A DNA stretch of 64,000 nucleotides from Candidatus Thorarchaeota archaeon (GTDB lineage Archaea; Asgardarchaeota; Thorarchaeia; Thorarchaeales; Thorarchaeaceae). The translations under genes and the position numbers were made by a program. Shown here one piece after another: positions 1-10,678 of this stretch. Numbering within the stretch: position 1 is the first letter of the stretch; the number at the start of each line of letters is the position of its first letter. The DNA is taken from the NCBI GenBank assembly GCA_029855935.1, contig JAGSHN010000023.1, positions 71,516-135,515 of the forward strand, given 5' to 3'. The notes below the pieces were generated by a model that saw only the letters and a list, made by a program, of their open reading frames with translations, did no database searches and had not been told where the DNA came from.

Positions 1-37
1 AAGGGAGCTGATTCTAACACTGGACCATCTTTCACTC

Positions 38-1858
38 TCACTCACGCCTGAGAAAAATGACTCCAACCGCCACAACGACGACGACTGCTCCTACAGCAAA
101 TCCCATGGTGAGTAGGTTGACATCCATCAACGGGGTCGTGTAGTTTCCTGATGTATGATTTGTCGCTCCGGATGTCGTCGTAGTGCTGATGCTGGTGTTG
201 GGAAGATTCTCTGGCTGAAGGTAGTAGTGTGGATTCCGTACCAGTGCTATGTAGTCACCTGCAACATACTTTGAAACCATATAGGGTCCTGATGTCACGA
301 GATCACCCGAGGGCCCAGGGACCGGGTCCCAGAGGTCGATCTTGTCAGGATTGTACTTGTCAAGCGTTGCCTTCGGAAGAATGGGGGCATTACCTGCATA
401 CCAAAGATGGAAGAAGCTTCTGCTGTTGAAGACGACCTTCACGGTCTCGTTCGAGATCACCTCTGCCCTGTCCAGATCATTCAGGTGCAGATTGGTGGTG
501 AACCAACTATCAGCGATGAAATTGAAAGACGCTGCCACATCCTGTGTTGTCACGGGGCTTCCATCCGTCCACACCGAGTCATTGCGAATAGTGAAGACAA
601 TAGCCATCTCACCAGGGGAGAGTGAAGGGTCTGCACCGGGCAGCTGAAACGCCCAGCTCGTGGCAAGCCCCGCATGGACCTCCATGGCATCATCGATCAT
701 GAGGAGCCGGTCCCAGATCAGATTGTTGACAACTCCACTCTGCCCCTTTGACGACTCAATTGGGTTGAACGAGAATATGTCGTTGGCAATCGCTATGTCC
801 AAGTTGTCGGTGTCACTCGCGGTGCTCTCGAAGTATGAATGCAGAAGACTCCAGCGTGACGTGAGACCTTCTCCAGCATGAGAACTCAGCCCTCCGACAT
901 CATTACGGTATGCATGGTTGAAGTAGTTAGTGTAGAGGGGAATGATGGGGCATTGTTCAAACAGTATCTGCTGCAACTCAGCGGCATAGGTCGCAGCGTC
1001 CGTTTCAGATAGTGTTGCCTTTAGGAGCGCTGCCTTAGAGTCAAAGGTCGCGTTTGAGAACTGACCAGTCGCCAGGTTGTTCGCAAATCCATCACTCATG
1101 AACTCGCATAGAACCAATGGATCAAGCATGTCAAATGACTTTCCGAGAAAAGCAATCCCGTAGTCATGAGTCACAGATATCCGCGAGGACCAGTCCAATG
1201 CATACTCGAGTGTTGAGTGGATGCCCAGCGCATCCAGTTGTTGTTGAACGTGAGAGAGGATATTGTGGGTAAGAGAACCAGAGGTATCTGCAGAGATTAT
1301 CTCAATTGAGAAGGCAGTACCGTTCGGAGCCTCTCTGTAGCCGTCGCTGTTGGTATCGACAAACCCGGCAGAGTCAAGAAGCGATGCAGCAGCAGCCAAG
1401 TCGGCATCATAGTAAGTCCGAGCGAAGGTTCCTTCTGCAGTAAATGGATTGCCGACAGGGAGCACCGCATCGACTGGGTCCGCGCCCCAACTGAACATGT
1501 CTGCAATCATAGTCTTATTGACAGCAAGAGCAATCGCTCTTCTTAGTGCAGGATAGTTGAGCGGCCATGCCTTGCAGTTTAGAGTCAAGTATCCATATCC
1601 ATTTCTCGGAACACCCACTACACTCACTTCCGAACTGGACGTGAGCGACGGATATTGGTCGGAGAGTCTGTCATAGATCAGATCAATGCTTCCGTCAAGA
1701 ATGGCGTTGACACGATTGTTCTCGTTTGAGATCACATGGAATACAAACCCACTAACGCCATCTGAGTCAGCGGGTGTAGCATGTACCGATGCTGGTTGAA
1801 GGACAACCAAATTGAGCAGTATTAGCGTGGCTAGAAAGAATATCATTTGCCTTCCCAT
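38..1858 (-). CDS. ABC transporter substrate-binding protein, family 5 (peptide/nickel), circularly permuted, with C-terminal TM anchor
   Basis: Signal peptide; LRRAIALAVNK, GLATSW, WTDGSPVTTQDV and SGPY motifs; Ser/Thr-rich linker plus C-terminal hydrophobic helix ending LRRE. Start taken at ATG 1858. Confidence 0.85.
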   Translation of the reverse strand: MGRQMIFFLATLILLNLVVLQPASVHATPADSDGVSGFVFHVISNENNRVNAILDGSIDLIYDRLSDQYPSLTSSSEVSVVGVPRNGYGYLTLNCKAWPLNYPALRRAIALAVNKTMIADMFSWGADPVDAVLPVGNPFTAEGTFARTYYDADLAAAASLLDSAGFVDTNSDGYREAPNGTAFSIEIISADTSGSLTHNILSHVQQQLDALGIHSTLEYALDWSSRISVTHDYGIAFLGKSFDMLDPLVLCEFMSDGFANNLATGQFSNATFDSKAALLKATLSETDAATYAAELQQILFEQCPIIPLYTNYFNHAYRNDVGGLSSHAGEGLTSRWSLLHSYFESTASDTDNLDIAIANDIFSFNPIESSKGQSGVVNNLIWDRLLMIDDAMEVHAGLATSWAFQLPGADPSLSPGEMAIVFTIRNDSVWTDGSPVTTQDVAASFNFIADSWFTTNLHLNDLDRAEVISNETVKVVFNSRSFFHLWYAGNAPILPKATLDKYNPDKIDLWDPVPGPSGDLVTSGPYMVSKYVAGDYIALVRNPHYYLQPENLPNTSISTTTTSGATNHTSGNYTTPLMDVNLLTMGFAVGAVVVVVAVGVIFLRRE

Positions 1859-1983
1859 AACTACATCCTCCGACTGTAGTTTGTTACAATCCACTAAAAT
1901 ACCTTCTCAAGAGTTGGAGTAGAACAATGCCAATCCACACTGACCGGAGGAACTTAACATCAAGAACGAGTTGCGTTAGCCAA

Positions 1984-4900
1984 CTACTTACTACTTTGAA
2001 ACTTGTACCCGCTCAATCGAGCCACCAGATGAACCCAAGCGTGCCTTAGACTGTTCCCGCTCCCCAAACAAGAGTCATGTGTTGAACTAAGTGACTCCCT
2101 CGACGGGGGCAAACAGAAACAGTATCCCGAAGTGCTCAATGAGATGATATCTAGTCGAGCAGTGTCCGCGAAATCCTTCCCCGGCTCGACGCCGTTCGCG
2201 TCGCCCAAGGAAAGGGACAAGTCGAGTGCCCCGGCTACGGGACAGAAAGATCTCAAACTCATGTTTTTGCACACCGGAGTTGCGCGGTCACAATCTGTGG
2301 TCTCTTTGCTCCGCTCCAGACCCATAGTTATCACTTGGACTTGCCCTTGACTTCTCATCAGCAGACTCCATCGCTCTGCATTCCCACTTCGTAGGTGATC
2401 CTTCAGTCTGATCATGAAGTGATTCCAAGGCGAGTCCGTTGACTTATCACTTCTACCCGTCACTAGGACAACTCTTTCAACCATGGGTCCCAGTTCCAGC
2501 CTTGAGCCTTGGGATTCCCAAGCGAACTGAATCATGCTTCGCGGAATGTCCTTGTTACAGGGGGTTATCGATATGTTCAAGATGCTACGGCCGAACGATG
2601 TTTCGTAGAAGTCATCACTACTGGCCTCTCTTGAAACGCACCCTGCAAGACTATTGAGAACGTAGACAAGTGCCCCTGGTACGTCCTTTAGACAAACAGA
2701 AATGTAGGCGTAGGATTCGCCGGTGGTCACGACACTCGAGCCGGGCTTCTCAGCCCTTGCCCCTTCTGTCTCTTTCTGTTCTTGTGGCTTGTCGGGCTCT
2801 CCCCGACCGCTCAGGACGTCATGCAGCATTGCGAGTAGAGCCCCAATGTCCTGATCACAGCAACCGTACGAAACCCCGTGCGTCTTGGTCACGGAGAACG
2901 ACTCGACTACATAGTTACGTTGCACTCTGACATTGCACACATCCTTTTGTGATTCGAAGTCTCGTGCTATTGGGCAATGAAGTCGCCCTGTTAGGGCAGT
3001 GTCCTTTTTATCCTCGCTACCGGAATGCGATTCAAGCCTGAGCCGTTCTGGAAGTTCGTCATGAACCACAAGCTTGCCATGGAAAGCAAATGCAGACACA
3101 AAGGATGCCGCCATGGCTGGACGAATGAAAACGTAAGGGATGATGTTGGTCTTGGTCTTCTTCCTCCTCATGAACTCGGCAAGCAATTTGCGGCATTCGT
3201 TTGCCTCAGCTTCCTCTTCAGCCAAGATGACGAGCCGCAATGGGCTTTTCGTTTTGCGTTTGAAATGCTCAATCGCAACAATCAGCCAGTTCAATATTCC
3301 AAGAGTGTGAAACTCGTCTCCTGAAATCACTATTGCCTTTAGTTTGCTAAATATCTGTTTGTACAGGGCGATATTGGGTGTTCCCCTATACACACACATT
3401 CTCTTTTCCTTATGAGAGTACCGAGACTTCTCTGCACCAAGGGAGTCTCGGAAGTGAAAGGTAACATATCCTGATGAAATGGATGGGTCGCATATGTGAT
3501 CCCTGTTCGGCGACAGTAATCTAATATCGCGTGATCGTATCATGAAGATATTCGATTTGTTCAAGACGCAATTAAACTTCTGTGCCGCAATAGTTTCAAA
3601 GAGATAGAATGCTCGTCTGGTCGACCCGCCGATGATCAAGATTTTCATGTTTTCGGGTTTCTTGGACTCGGTCCAACCAACCAAGGCGAGCGAACCAACA
3701 AAAGAGCTCATGGTTCGTTCCAGATACAGTGGTATGGCATGATACGTACCAGTGGCAACTTCAGTTCCTGAATCGTTCATCTTTTCAAAATTGATACTGT
3801 GCACGACGCGATACACACGAGAAGAATCTGTGATGGCTATTACAACAGGCCAGGGATAGGTTCCTTTGCTCGAAGCCCTCTTCGACCATATGTTCCTTAG
3901 TTCCTTCATCATTGGAAAGACTATCGCCAGCTCCGGTGAGGTATGAACAATCACTCGTGCATATCTGACTGCTCGACGAACTACGCTACGGTTCTGAATG
4001 CTCTCGACGATAGTTGGTACAAGTAGAAGCATTCTCTCCTGATCGCTAAGGAGTATTTCGGTCACGCCATACTTCCCTAGTTGAGGGTGGGTCCCAACAA
4101 AACTCACTTCTTCTTCGTTGTCATCAATGAAGACCATTCCTTCGAGGAGATACGTGCTGATGTCTCGTCTCTGCTGCGCTGGAGGTATTCGCCGTAGGGA
4201 GATTCCCACCTGGTTGCACCCGACAATGCGATATCCGTAATCAATTGCACGCCGCCTCGCTAAGGGCAGAGCCTCATACAGACCCTCACGAATTATGTGA
4301 ATCGCGAACTGTTTTGCAATACTGCCGCCGCCCAGAACCAGATAACTATACGTTGATGAGATCAAGTTATTCAACGTGAGTTTGCCCAAGTAATTGTCCA
4401 TCTCTTCAGACATTTCAAATGCGGAATAGACGATACCATAGAACGGTATTGAAATCCCAAGGTCAATGACCAACAGGACCGATGGTTTGACCACAAGACT
4501 CCGTATCACCTCATCCTCTTGGAACAGCAATAGTAGGGCAAGAAAGAAGATCTTCGTTACAAATGCAAAGGTGAGAGTCGTTATCTCACGCAAATGATTG
4601 TGGACGAGCACTGCGACGCCAAAGACCGAATTAGTGCCCCTAAGCATGAAGTATACAGCAAGAAACGTCAAGAGAATGCTAGTAGCGGTCAGTGTCGAAG
4701 ACACTAGGAACAGAGCACGAAGATAGGTGCTTATGACATCAACTGAAAGAATCTCTTGACTCAATCTCCAGAGAATCTCAAAGCCAACTGCACCCGTGGA
4801 AACAACCACGCCTGCACTGAACAAGAATCCACTATTGAAACGATGCCGTCCAGTGAGTGAGAATAGTGAAAAGAGAGAGTCCCTGTAGCTCTTCGGCAGG

Positions 4901-5856
4901 TCCTCTTCCATCGAGAGAGTACCAAGCATGCGTGGCGAGATCTGACGCGGGAGCCCTAGGCTTGACCAGACACAGATGCATGCACACCAGTTGATTGTCA
5001 GCACAGCGGTTGCATCAAGAACCATCTTGGGATAATTGGTCAGCTGCGTGATGCCCCATTCAAAGTTAGTGATGACCTGGAATATTGCAAGATAGGTCAT
5101 CAAAGAGAATATGAAAACCACTCCGAGAAATATGTAAGGTAGACCAGCACTAGTGAGTTCCTCTTCCATACGATACTTTCGCCAGAATATGGCAAGCAAT
5201 AGTGTTGATACGAATACTGGCAATAAGTATATGAATCCGTTCTGCGCTATGAAATAGGCCTGCTCGCCGAATAGTAGGGCGACTATGTCATCAAGGAACT
5301 TGCTTCTGAGGCTACATATCGTAGTGCCCATCAAGAGGACAAAGAACACTCCGGTGACCAGTTGCCCACCGAATGAGCCTGATGTCGGTGTGAATGAATA
5401 GCTCCCATTGTCCTCCGGGATGGGAGCCTCATTGTGATCTTTAGATGATGAAACACGTGAAACCCTTCGAACGAACTTGGCAAACTTGTTACGCAGGAAT
5501 CGAACTGGTCCCGAGAATGAAATGCCGTACCTGAGAGACGAAACTACCAGTACGATAACCGTTCCAGATGCAGCAGTTAGAACAATTCCCCATGTTATAT
5601 CAAACCCCATCAAAGAGAATATGTCATCTGAAAAGGTGCGATACAGTGGGTCCCCAATCGTACTAGCCCAGTACCATTTGAGCACAGCTCCTAGCGTGAA
5701 GAAAATGACTGGGAACGTCATAAATGCCGCACGGGTATTCCAATCGCCCAACTCCACCAGCTCAAGAAGACCTGTGCAGATGAGATGTTCGGTGCGGAAT
5801 AAATGTATTTTCTGCACCAATTGATGAATGCGAGAGGCACATAACAGCGATTGCAA
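1984..5856 (-). CDS. Large polytopic membrane protein with C-terminal Rossmann/RCK-like and ACT-like segments, function unknown
   Basis: 1290-codon ORF. About 11-12 hydrophobic helices in the N-terminal ~480 aa; YLVLGGGSIA and KILIIGG glycine loops; VCLKDVPGALVYVL ACT-like motif. Start uncertain (ATG 5721 possible). Confidence 0.6.
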   Translation of the reverse strand: MQSLLCASRIHQLVQKIHLFRTEHLICTGLLELVELGDWNTRAAFMTFPVIFFTLGAVLKWYWASTIGDPLYRTFSDDIFSLMGFDITWGIVLTAASGTVIVLVVSSLRYGISFSGPVRFLRNKFAKFVRRVSRVSSSKDHNEAPIPEDNGSYSFTPTSGSFGGQLVTGVFFVLLMGTTICSLRSKFLDDIVALLFGEQAYFIAQNGFIYLLPVFVSTLLLAIFWRKYRMEEELTSAGLPYIFLGVVFIFSLMTYLAIFQVITNFEWGITQLTNYPKMVLDATAVLTINWCACICVWSSLGLPRQISPRMLGTLSMEEDLPKSYRDSLFSLFSLTGRHRFNSGFLFSAGVVVSTGAVGFEILWRLSQEILSVDVISTYLRALFLVSSTLTATSILLTFLAVYFMLRGTNSVFGVAVLVHNHLREITTLTFAFVTKIFFLALLLLFQEDEVIRSLVVKPSVLLVIDLGISIPFYGIVYSAFEMSEEMDNYLGKLTLNNLISSTYSYLVLGGGSIAKQFAIHIIREGLYEALPLARRRAIDYGYRIVGCNQVGISLRRIPPAQQRRDISTYLLEGMVFIDDNEEEVSFVGTHPQLGKYGVTEILLSDQERMLLLVPTIVESIQNRSVVRRAVRYARVIVHTSPELAIVFPMMKELRNIWSKRASSKGTYPWPVVIAITDSSRVYRVVHSINFEKMNDSGTEVATGTYHAIPLYLERTMSSFVGSLALVGWTESKKPENMKILIIGGSTRRAFYLFETIAAQKFNCVLNKSNIFMIRSRDIRLLSPNRDHICDPSISSGYVTFHFRDSLGAEKSRYSHKEKRMCVYRGTPNIALYKQIFSKLKAIVISGDEFHTLGILNWLIVAIEHFKRKTKSPLRLVILAEEEAEANECRKLLAEFMRRKKTKTNIIPYVFIRPAMAASFVSAFAFHGKLVVHDELPERLRLESHSGSEDKKDTALTGRLHCPIARDFESQKDVCNVRVQRNYVVESFSVTKTHGVSYGCCDQDIGALLAMLHDVLSGRGEPDKPQEQKETEGARAEKPGSSVVTTGESYAYISVCLKDVPGALVYVLNSLAGCVSREASSDDFYETSFGRSILNISITPCNKDIPRSMIQFAWESQGSRLELGPMVERVVLVTGRSDKSTDSPWNHFMIRLKDHLRSGNAERWSLLMRSQGQVQVITMGLERSKETTDCDRATPVCKNMSLRSFCPVAGALDLSLSLGDANGVEPGKDFADTARLDIISLSTSGYCFCLPPSRESLSSTHDSCLGSGNSLRHAWVHLVARLSGYKFQSSK

Positions 5857-6027
5857 CCCATTGAATGTTCGCGTGAGAATGTGGATTTGATCAAAGATGC
5901 GGAGCGATCAACCGCATGTCAATTGACAAAAGAGATGCATGAGTGAGGACTCAGATCAGAGATGTGAAGTGGTGTGTTGATTTGCGACAAACTAATGTTT
6001 CCTGTCCCGTGGTAGGGGCCACTCAAA

Positions 6028-6369
6028 CTACATGTCCGACTTCGTACGAAGATTCTCGGCAATCTTGTCGGAGACCGGGTCCCCGTAGCCGCGTTCCACC
6101 AACTCGGCCCGAGCCGCCTCGACGACGCCGGCTATGTCAAGCCCTGATAGGCAGGTGGTCTGGCAGTTGCGGCAGGTGGTACACTCGTACAGTCGTTCGG
6201 TCAACTCGCTCCAGTCAAGCCATCCCCGCAATAGAGCGAACAAGATGGTCATCTTGTCCTTAGCACTATTTGACTCAAGTGTGGTCTGCTTGTAGATTGG
6301 ACAGTTACTCTGACACAGTCCGCAGCTCACGCACTCCATGATGATATGACGATAGTCTTCAAGGACCAT
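6028..6369 (-). pseudogene. Truncated GlcF-like Fe-S oxidoreductase subunit (N-terminal 2x[4Fe-4S] part only)
   Basis: CVSCGLCQSNCP and CTTCRNCQTTC motifs; stops after ~113 aa, so the CCG domains are absent. Confidence 0.7.
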
Positions 6370-6460
6370 TTTCTTCTTACCTCCAAGCATCCTCGTCCGT
6401 GACGTATGCAGAGTGAATCGGTCGCGTGCCCTTGTCCCGCTCCTCCGTGTCAAGACCCAT

Positions 6461-7447
6461 CTACCTTGGGTTCAGGATTCCATGAGGGTCAAACAGTTCC
6501 TTTATCTTTCGATCAATCTCCAACTTTCTCGCGCCGATCGCTTGAGAGACGTACGGGTTCTTGACATAGCCAAACCCGTGTTCGGCGCTGACGACACCAC
6601 CAATACTCAAGACATACTCGATGATCTCTTTCTCGGCAATCTTCACTGCACGCCAGTGTTCCTCGTTATCGGGGTCAATCAGCACCGCGGGATGGATGAT
6701 ACCAATGCCAGTGTGACAGAAGACGGCGGCTATGATATTGTGGGACCGAATGATTCGGCCCATCTCTCGAATTGCCTCACTCTGTTTTGAGAGCGGAACA
6801 CAGGGGTCAGCAGCTGCAAAGCCCACCTCACGGTAGCCAGGATAGATTCGTACGACTGCCACATCAATAGCCAGACGAGGAGCCCATAGCGTGTCGATCA
6901 TCTTCGGGTCACGGGCAATGATGACATCCTTCCCGCCATGCTTTCGAAGAATATCGGCCATGAGATTCGCTCGACGCTCCAGATCAGACTCGTCGTAGGC
7001 GTGAAGGTCTCCCACAAAGTTTGCCTCACACTCGGGGAATCCGAGGTCCATCACATCATTGATTGTCTTGACCGTGTAGCCATCGGTTGCCTCCAGAGTG
7101 GCAGCCTCAACTCCTGCCATAGTTATCCCGTGAGAGGCCTTGATCAGTTCATCCAAATCATCGAAGAATGCACCAACACTCGCCTCGTACTTCGGGCGTG
7201 GTATCAGATTCAGCGTTGCCTCAGTGATGATGCCCAGAGTTCCTTCCGAGCCCGAGAAGAGCGATGCCAGATTGTAGCCCATGTTGTACCTCGGAGCCCT
7301 TGTGCCAACACGTAGAATGGACCCATCAGCCAAGACCACCTCAAGTTCACGGATCCAAGGGCTCACACGACCGTACTTGTATCCGTGGTGTCCGTTCGAG
7401 TCTGATGCGATGATGCCCCCGATGCTCGCCGCATCATGACTTCCCAC
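6461..7447 (-). pseudogene. 5'-truncated GlcD/D-lactate dehydrogenase-like FAD-linked oxidase
   Basis: SIGGIIA, GSEGTLGIITEATL, SAEHGFG and LFDPHGILNP motifs. The N-terminal FAD-binding part is missing, and a stop replaces the usual LNPGKM ending. Confidence 0.75.
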
Positions 7448-8203
7448 ATCATTGAGGAAACATCAGTCCGTGGTCGGCAAGAGCCTTATCGAGGGTCTCG
7501 TACCGCACACCCGGTTGCACTACTACGAGAAGATCTTCCACGTTTATCTCCAGTATCTTGTTCATGTGGCTTGTGTCCAGGACAATGCCACCTGAGACTG
7601 GCAACGATGATCCCTGAAAGGAGGCACCACCGCCTCGGGGTGCAGAAAGTCAAGAAGAGTGGAGTCGGAGCGTTCCGCGAGTCGGATGAGACAACGCCTC
7701 CTCTCGCACTCGCAGTGATAGTCATAACAACCCTGCTGGCATTCGTTCTGGTCTTCCTGATCTCGATTGCGTGGCTTGCTCCCGGTGTCTCGTCGGTATT
7801 GGTGCTGTTGATACCGCTCTTCGACCCGCCACTCTGGCTCTGGTCAGCGGGATTGGTAGTGCTTGAGATTGGAATCCTCCTTCATCTCTGGTCGCGCGCG
7901 ACGCGCAGAACCGACCTAGCCCTGTGGAGAGAGGGAGATGCCCGCGCCCTCGTCAGAAATGGCCCGTACGGAGTGGTCAGGCATCCGTCGTATCTATCGT
8001 ACTGGCTGTGCTTCATCGGCCTGTCACTCCTGATCCCATCCGTAGTGACGGGACTGATGCTGCTCGGAATCCCAGGCTATTATCAGATAGCCGTTGCCGA
8101 GGAACAAGACCTGATTGCACGTTTCGGCGACGAGTATCTAACGTATGTGAATGGAACTGGCAGATTTCTTCCTCGCATCCGTACCAGAGGCCAAGTCATC
8201 TAG
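7436..8203 (+). CDS. Isoprenylcysteine carboxyl methyltransferase (ICMT/PEMT) family membrane protein
   Basis: LVRNGPYGVVRHPSY, EEQDL..FGDEY..Y...TGRFLP. True start is probably downstream (~7640). Confidence 0.8.
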   Translation: MTSHIIEETSVRGRQEPYRGSRTAHPVALLREDLPRLSPVSCSCGLCPGQCHLRLATMIPERRHHRLGVQKVKKSGVGAFRESDETTPPLALAVIVITTLLAFVLVFLISIAWLAPGVSSVLVLLIPLFDPPLWLWSAGLVVLEIGILLHLWSRATRRTDLALWREGDARALVRNGPYGVVRHPSYLSYWLCFIGLSLLIPSVVTGLMLLGIPGYYQIAVAEEQDLIARFGDEYLTYVNGTGRFLPRIRTRGQVI

Positions 8204-8418
8204 ACGGCTCTGATGGAGAGGCCACTCTGAGCGCGCGCAGGCAGTGGGTACCGGCCTCGCTATCAATGGCGCAGAATGGCCGATGTCGACTTGACATCAA
8301 GAGAGTCACAGTAAGGCTGTCGTCCAAGGAGAAGAGTCCGAATCTTCGGCAAATCACATACGGTGTCTACAAGAAGGCTTTTCTCATGGTCGATACACCT
8401 AGACTGCAGGTCACCCAA

Positions 8419-9606
8419 ATGAGAGCTATCAAGAATGCGACGATAGACTGCCCCGTGCTGGGACGAATTGGGAACGGGACGATTGTGTTTGACGAGTCGG
8501 GTATCCTTGATGTTGGGAGCGACGTTGAGATTCCCAAGGATGCCGAGGTCATAGACGCTGAGGGAAGGTTTGTAGTGCCGGGGTTCATCGACGCCCACAC
8601 GCATCAGGGCCTCTTCGATGGCAGTATCGGTTGGGCCGGACAGGACGGGAACGAGTCAGTTAATCCGATCACTCCAGAACTGCGCGGGATAGACTCCTTC
8701 AATCCCTTCGAGCCATCGCTCAAGGAGGTTGTCAAGGGCGGTGTGACCTGTCTGAACACAGGTCCCGGCTCAGCAAATGTGATTGGCGGGCAGGCATTTG
8801 TGGTCAAACCCACTGGCTCGGGCATCATTGAGGACATGCTCGTGCTGGCACCGTCAGGACTGAAGGTCGCACTCGGCGAGAATCCCAAGAGGGTGCACGG
8901 AAACGAGAAGCGTTCTCCGGCCACACGGATGGCTGTGGCCGCACTGCTGAGAAAGACATTGACCGATGGGCAGAACTACCTGAACGAGTGGACGGCCTAC
9001 GGACAGAAGGCACGCGAGGCAAAGGAGAAGGGTGAGGCACCGCCCGCTCCGCCAAAGAAGGACATCGGCATGGAGGTCATTGCCAAGGTGCTCAAGGGAG
9101 AGATCCCACTGCACGCTCACGCCCACAGAGCAGATGACATCGCCACCGTGATAAGAATCGCAAGGGAGTTCAATGTCCGACTTGTGCTGATCCACTGCAC
9201 CGAGGGACACAAGATTGCCGACTTCATTGCAAGGGCGGGTGTTCCCGCGGTGGTAGGACCAACAATGTTCTGGGTGAGCAAGCCAGAGACCCGTGAGAGA
9301 TCCTTCGAGACAGTTGTCAAGCTCGTACGGGCTGGCGTGAAGGTCGCCCTGCAGACTGACTCGCTGACTCCGATGCTGCACTTTCAGCTTCTGCCTATGT
9401 ACGCGATGAAGTATGGTCTGACCCGCGAAGAGGCATTCCGATGTGTCACAATCAACCCGGCTGAGATACTGGGTATCGAACACAGGGTCGGCTCCCTTGA
9501 GAGAGGGAAGGACGCGGACATCGTGGTATGGTCAGGCGACCCCTTCGACTTCTACAGCAGGCCCGAGATAGTGTTCATCAATGGAAAGCAGGTTGAGATT
9601 GAGTAG
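8419..9606 (+). CDS. Metal-dependent amidohydrolase
   Basis: PGFIDAHTH, HAHRADDI, IHCTEG, TINPAEILG, GSLERGKDADIVVW. Start at ATG 8419 (MRAIKNA). Confidence 0.9.
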   Translation: MRAIKNATIDCPVLGRIGNGTIVFDESGILDVGSDVEIPKDAEVIDAEGRFVVPGFIDAHTHQGLFDGSIGWAGQDGNESVNPITPELRGIDSFNPFEPSLKEVVKGGVTCLNTGPGSANVIGGQAFVVKPTGSGIIEDMLVLAPSGLKVALGENPKRVHGNEKRSPATRMAVAALLRKTLTDGQNYLNEWTAYGQKAREAKEKGEAPPAPPKKDIGMEVIAKVLKGEIPLHAHAHRADDIATVIRIAREFNVRLVLIHCTEGHKIADFIARAGVPAVVGPTMFWVSKPETRERSFETVVKLVRAGVKVALQTDSLTPMLHFQLLPMYAMKYGLTREEAFRCVTINPAEILGIEHRVGSLERGKDADIVVWSGDPFDFYSRPEIVFINGKQVEIE

Positions 9607-9724
9607 AGGTGAAGTGTGTACGAACGTGGTGTCCCCGGTCAATGCTCTATGCTGATTATCCAATATCAGGAACCTTCTCGCTGCAGGCCGGCAGCCACAA
9701 TAGATGTATAGGACGGTGCGCACG

Positions 9725-10678
9725 TCACCGAACTCCAAACCAAGACCTAAGTAGGAGGCTCGAATAGATATCACACCTCTCAGCCTCTGCAGGCCCGAAC
9801 GAGGGAACGTCCTTGGCGTGTACCCTATTTCGGAGCTTTACGAGCTCCCCCGCAAGATAGTCTTCAAAGCTGTTCCGGTCCACAACGCCAAAGGCTCTCA
9901 ACGCACCCAACAGCTGGCCAGCCGTGAGCCTGTCAATACCCTTGGAGCCGAATCTCTTCCGTATGGCCTCCCATTCATCGGGTCTCTCGGCGACCACTGA
10001 CTCGAGAAGCCTCTTCATAGCAGCCTCGAAGGCCTTTGACGTCTCTACAACAACATTCGCCCACTGTTCTTGCCAGAGGCTGGTCTTTGCCTGAAAGACG
10101 TGATTCCACACAGTCTCAGGAAGGTTTGTGATGAAGAGAGCAGCTGGCGTATTCAGGGCATCCATTCCAGCAGACGTCAGGTACAACCTCACCTCGTCCC
10201 TTTCAGGCGCCAAGAGGCCGAGCAGAATCAACTTGCTGACCCTCCGGTAGAACTCGTTGCCAGGGGGGACGATACCACGCTTCCACAGTCGTTCCTCAAG
10301 ATCAAGAACGTGGCCACCGATCTCACGTAGGGCTGAGAGGACTTCGCGGTCCACGGAGTCCGCGAGAAGATACGGTGCCTGACGATGAGCGTCAACTTCG
10401 ATTGCGGGCCTCTCCCTCTCCACTCTCTCCATGATCTCGCGCCACTTGGCTCGTCTCTCACGTACAATCCAGATGAAATGCGTGAGTCCGACCACGACTC
10501 CCAGCAGGCCAATCACCAGCAGGACAACCAGCTCAATGACTCCACCCGCAGCGGTCAACAGGCCCAGGCCCGGAAAGAGCAGGTGGAGCACAATGATGAG
10601 TGCTGCCGTAGCCAAAGCGATGACACCGATCTGAGTGAAGTACGTGACAGCTAGGCGGTATAGGCGTCCGGACTCCAT
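9725..10678 (-). CDS. 2-TM membrane protein with wHTH-like middle and HEPN-like C-terminus
   Basis: Two hydrophobic helices; YLTSAG wing; KAFEAAMK...KLRNRVH HEPN-like signature. Confidence 0.55.
   Translation of the reverse strand: MESGRLYRLAVTYFTQIGVIALATAALIIVLHLLFPGLGLLTAAGGVIELVVLLVIGLLGVVVGLTHFIWIVRERRAKWREIMERVERERPAIEVDAHRQAPYLLADSVDREVLSALREIGGHVLDLEERLWKRGIVPPGNEFYRRVSKLILLGLLAPERDEVRLYLTSAGMDALNTPAALFITNLPETVWNHVFQAKTSLWQEQWANVVVETSKAFEAAMKRLLESVVAERPDEWEAIRKRFGSKGIDRLTAGQLLGALRAFGVVDRNSFEDYLAGELVKLRNRVHAKDVPSFGPAEAERCDIYSSLLLRSWFGVR

Noticed and set aside
7924-8418. N-terminal extension of the amidohydrolase ORF (similarly csx10 46627-46791 and cas5 59101-59175)
   Set aside because: These overlap upstream genes and lack family motifs; the downstream starts fit better.
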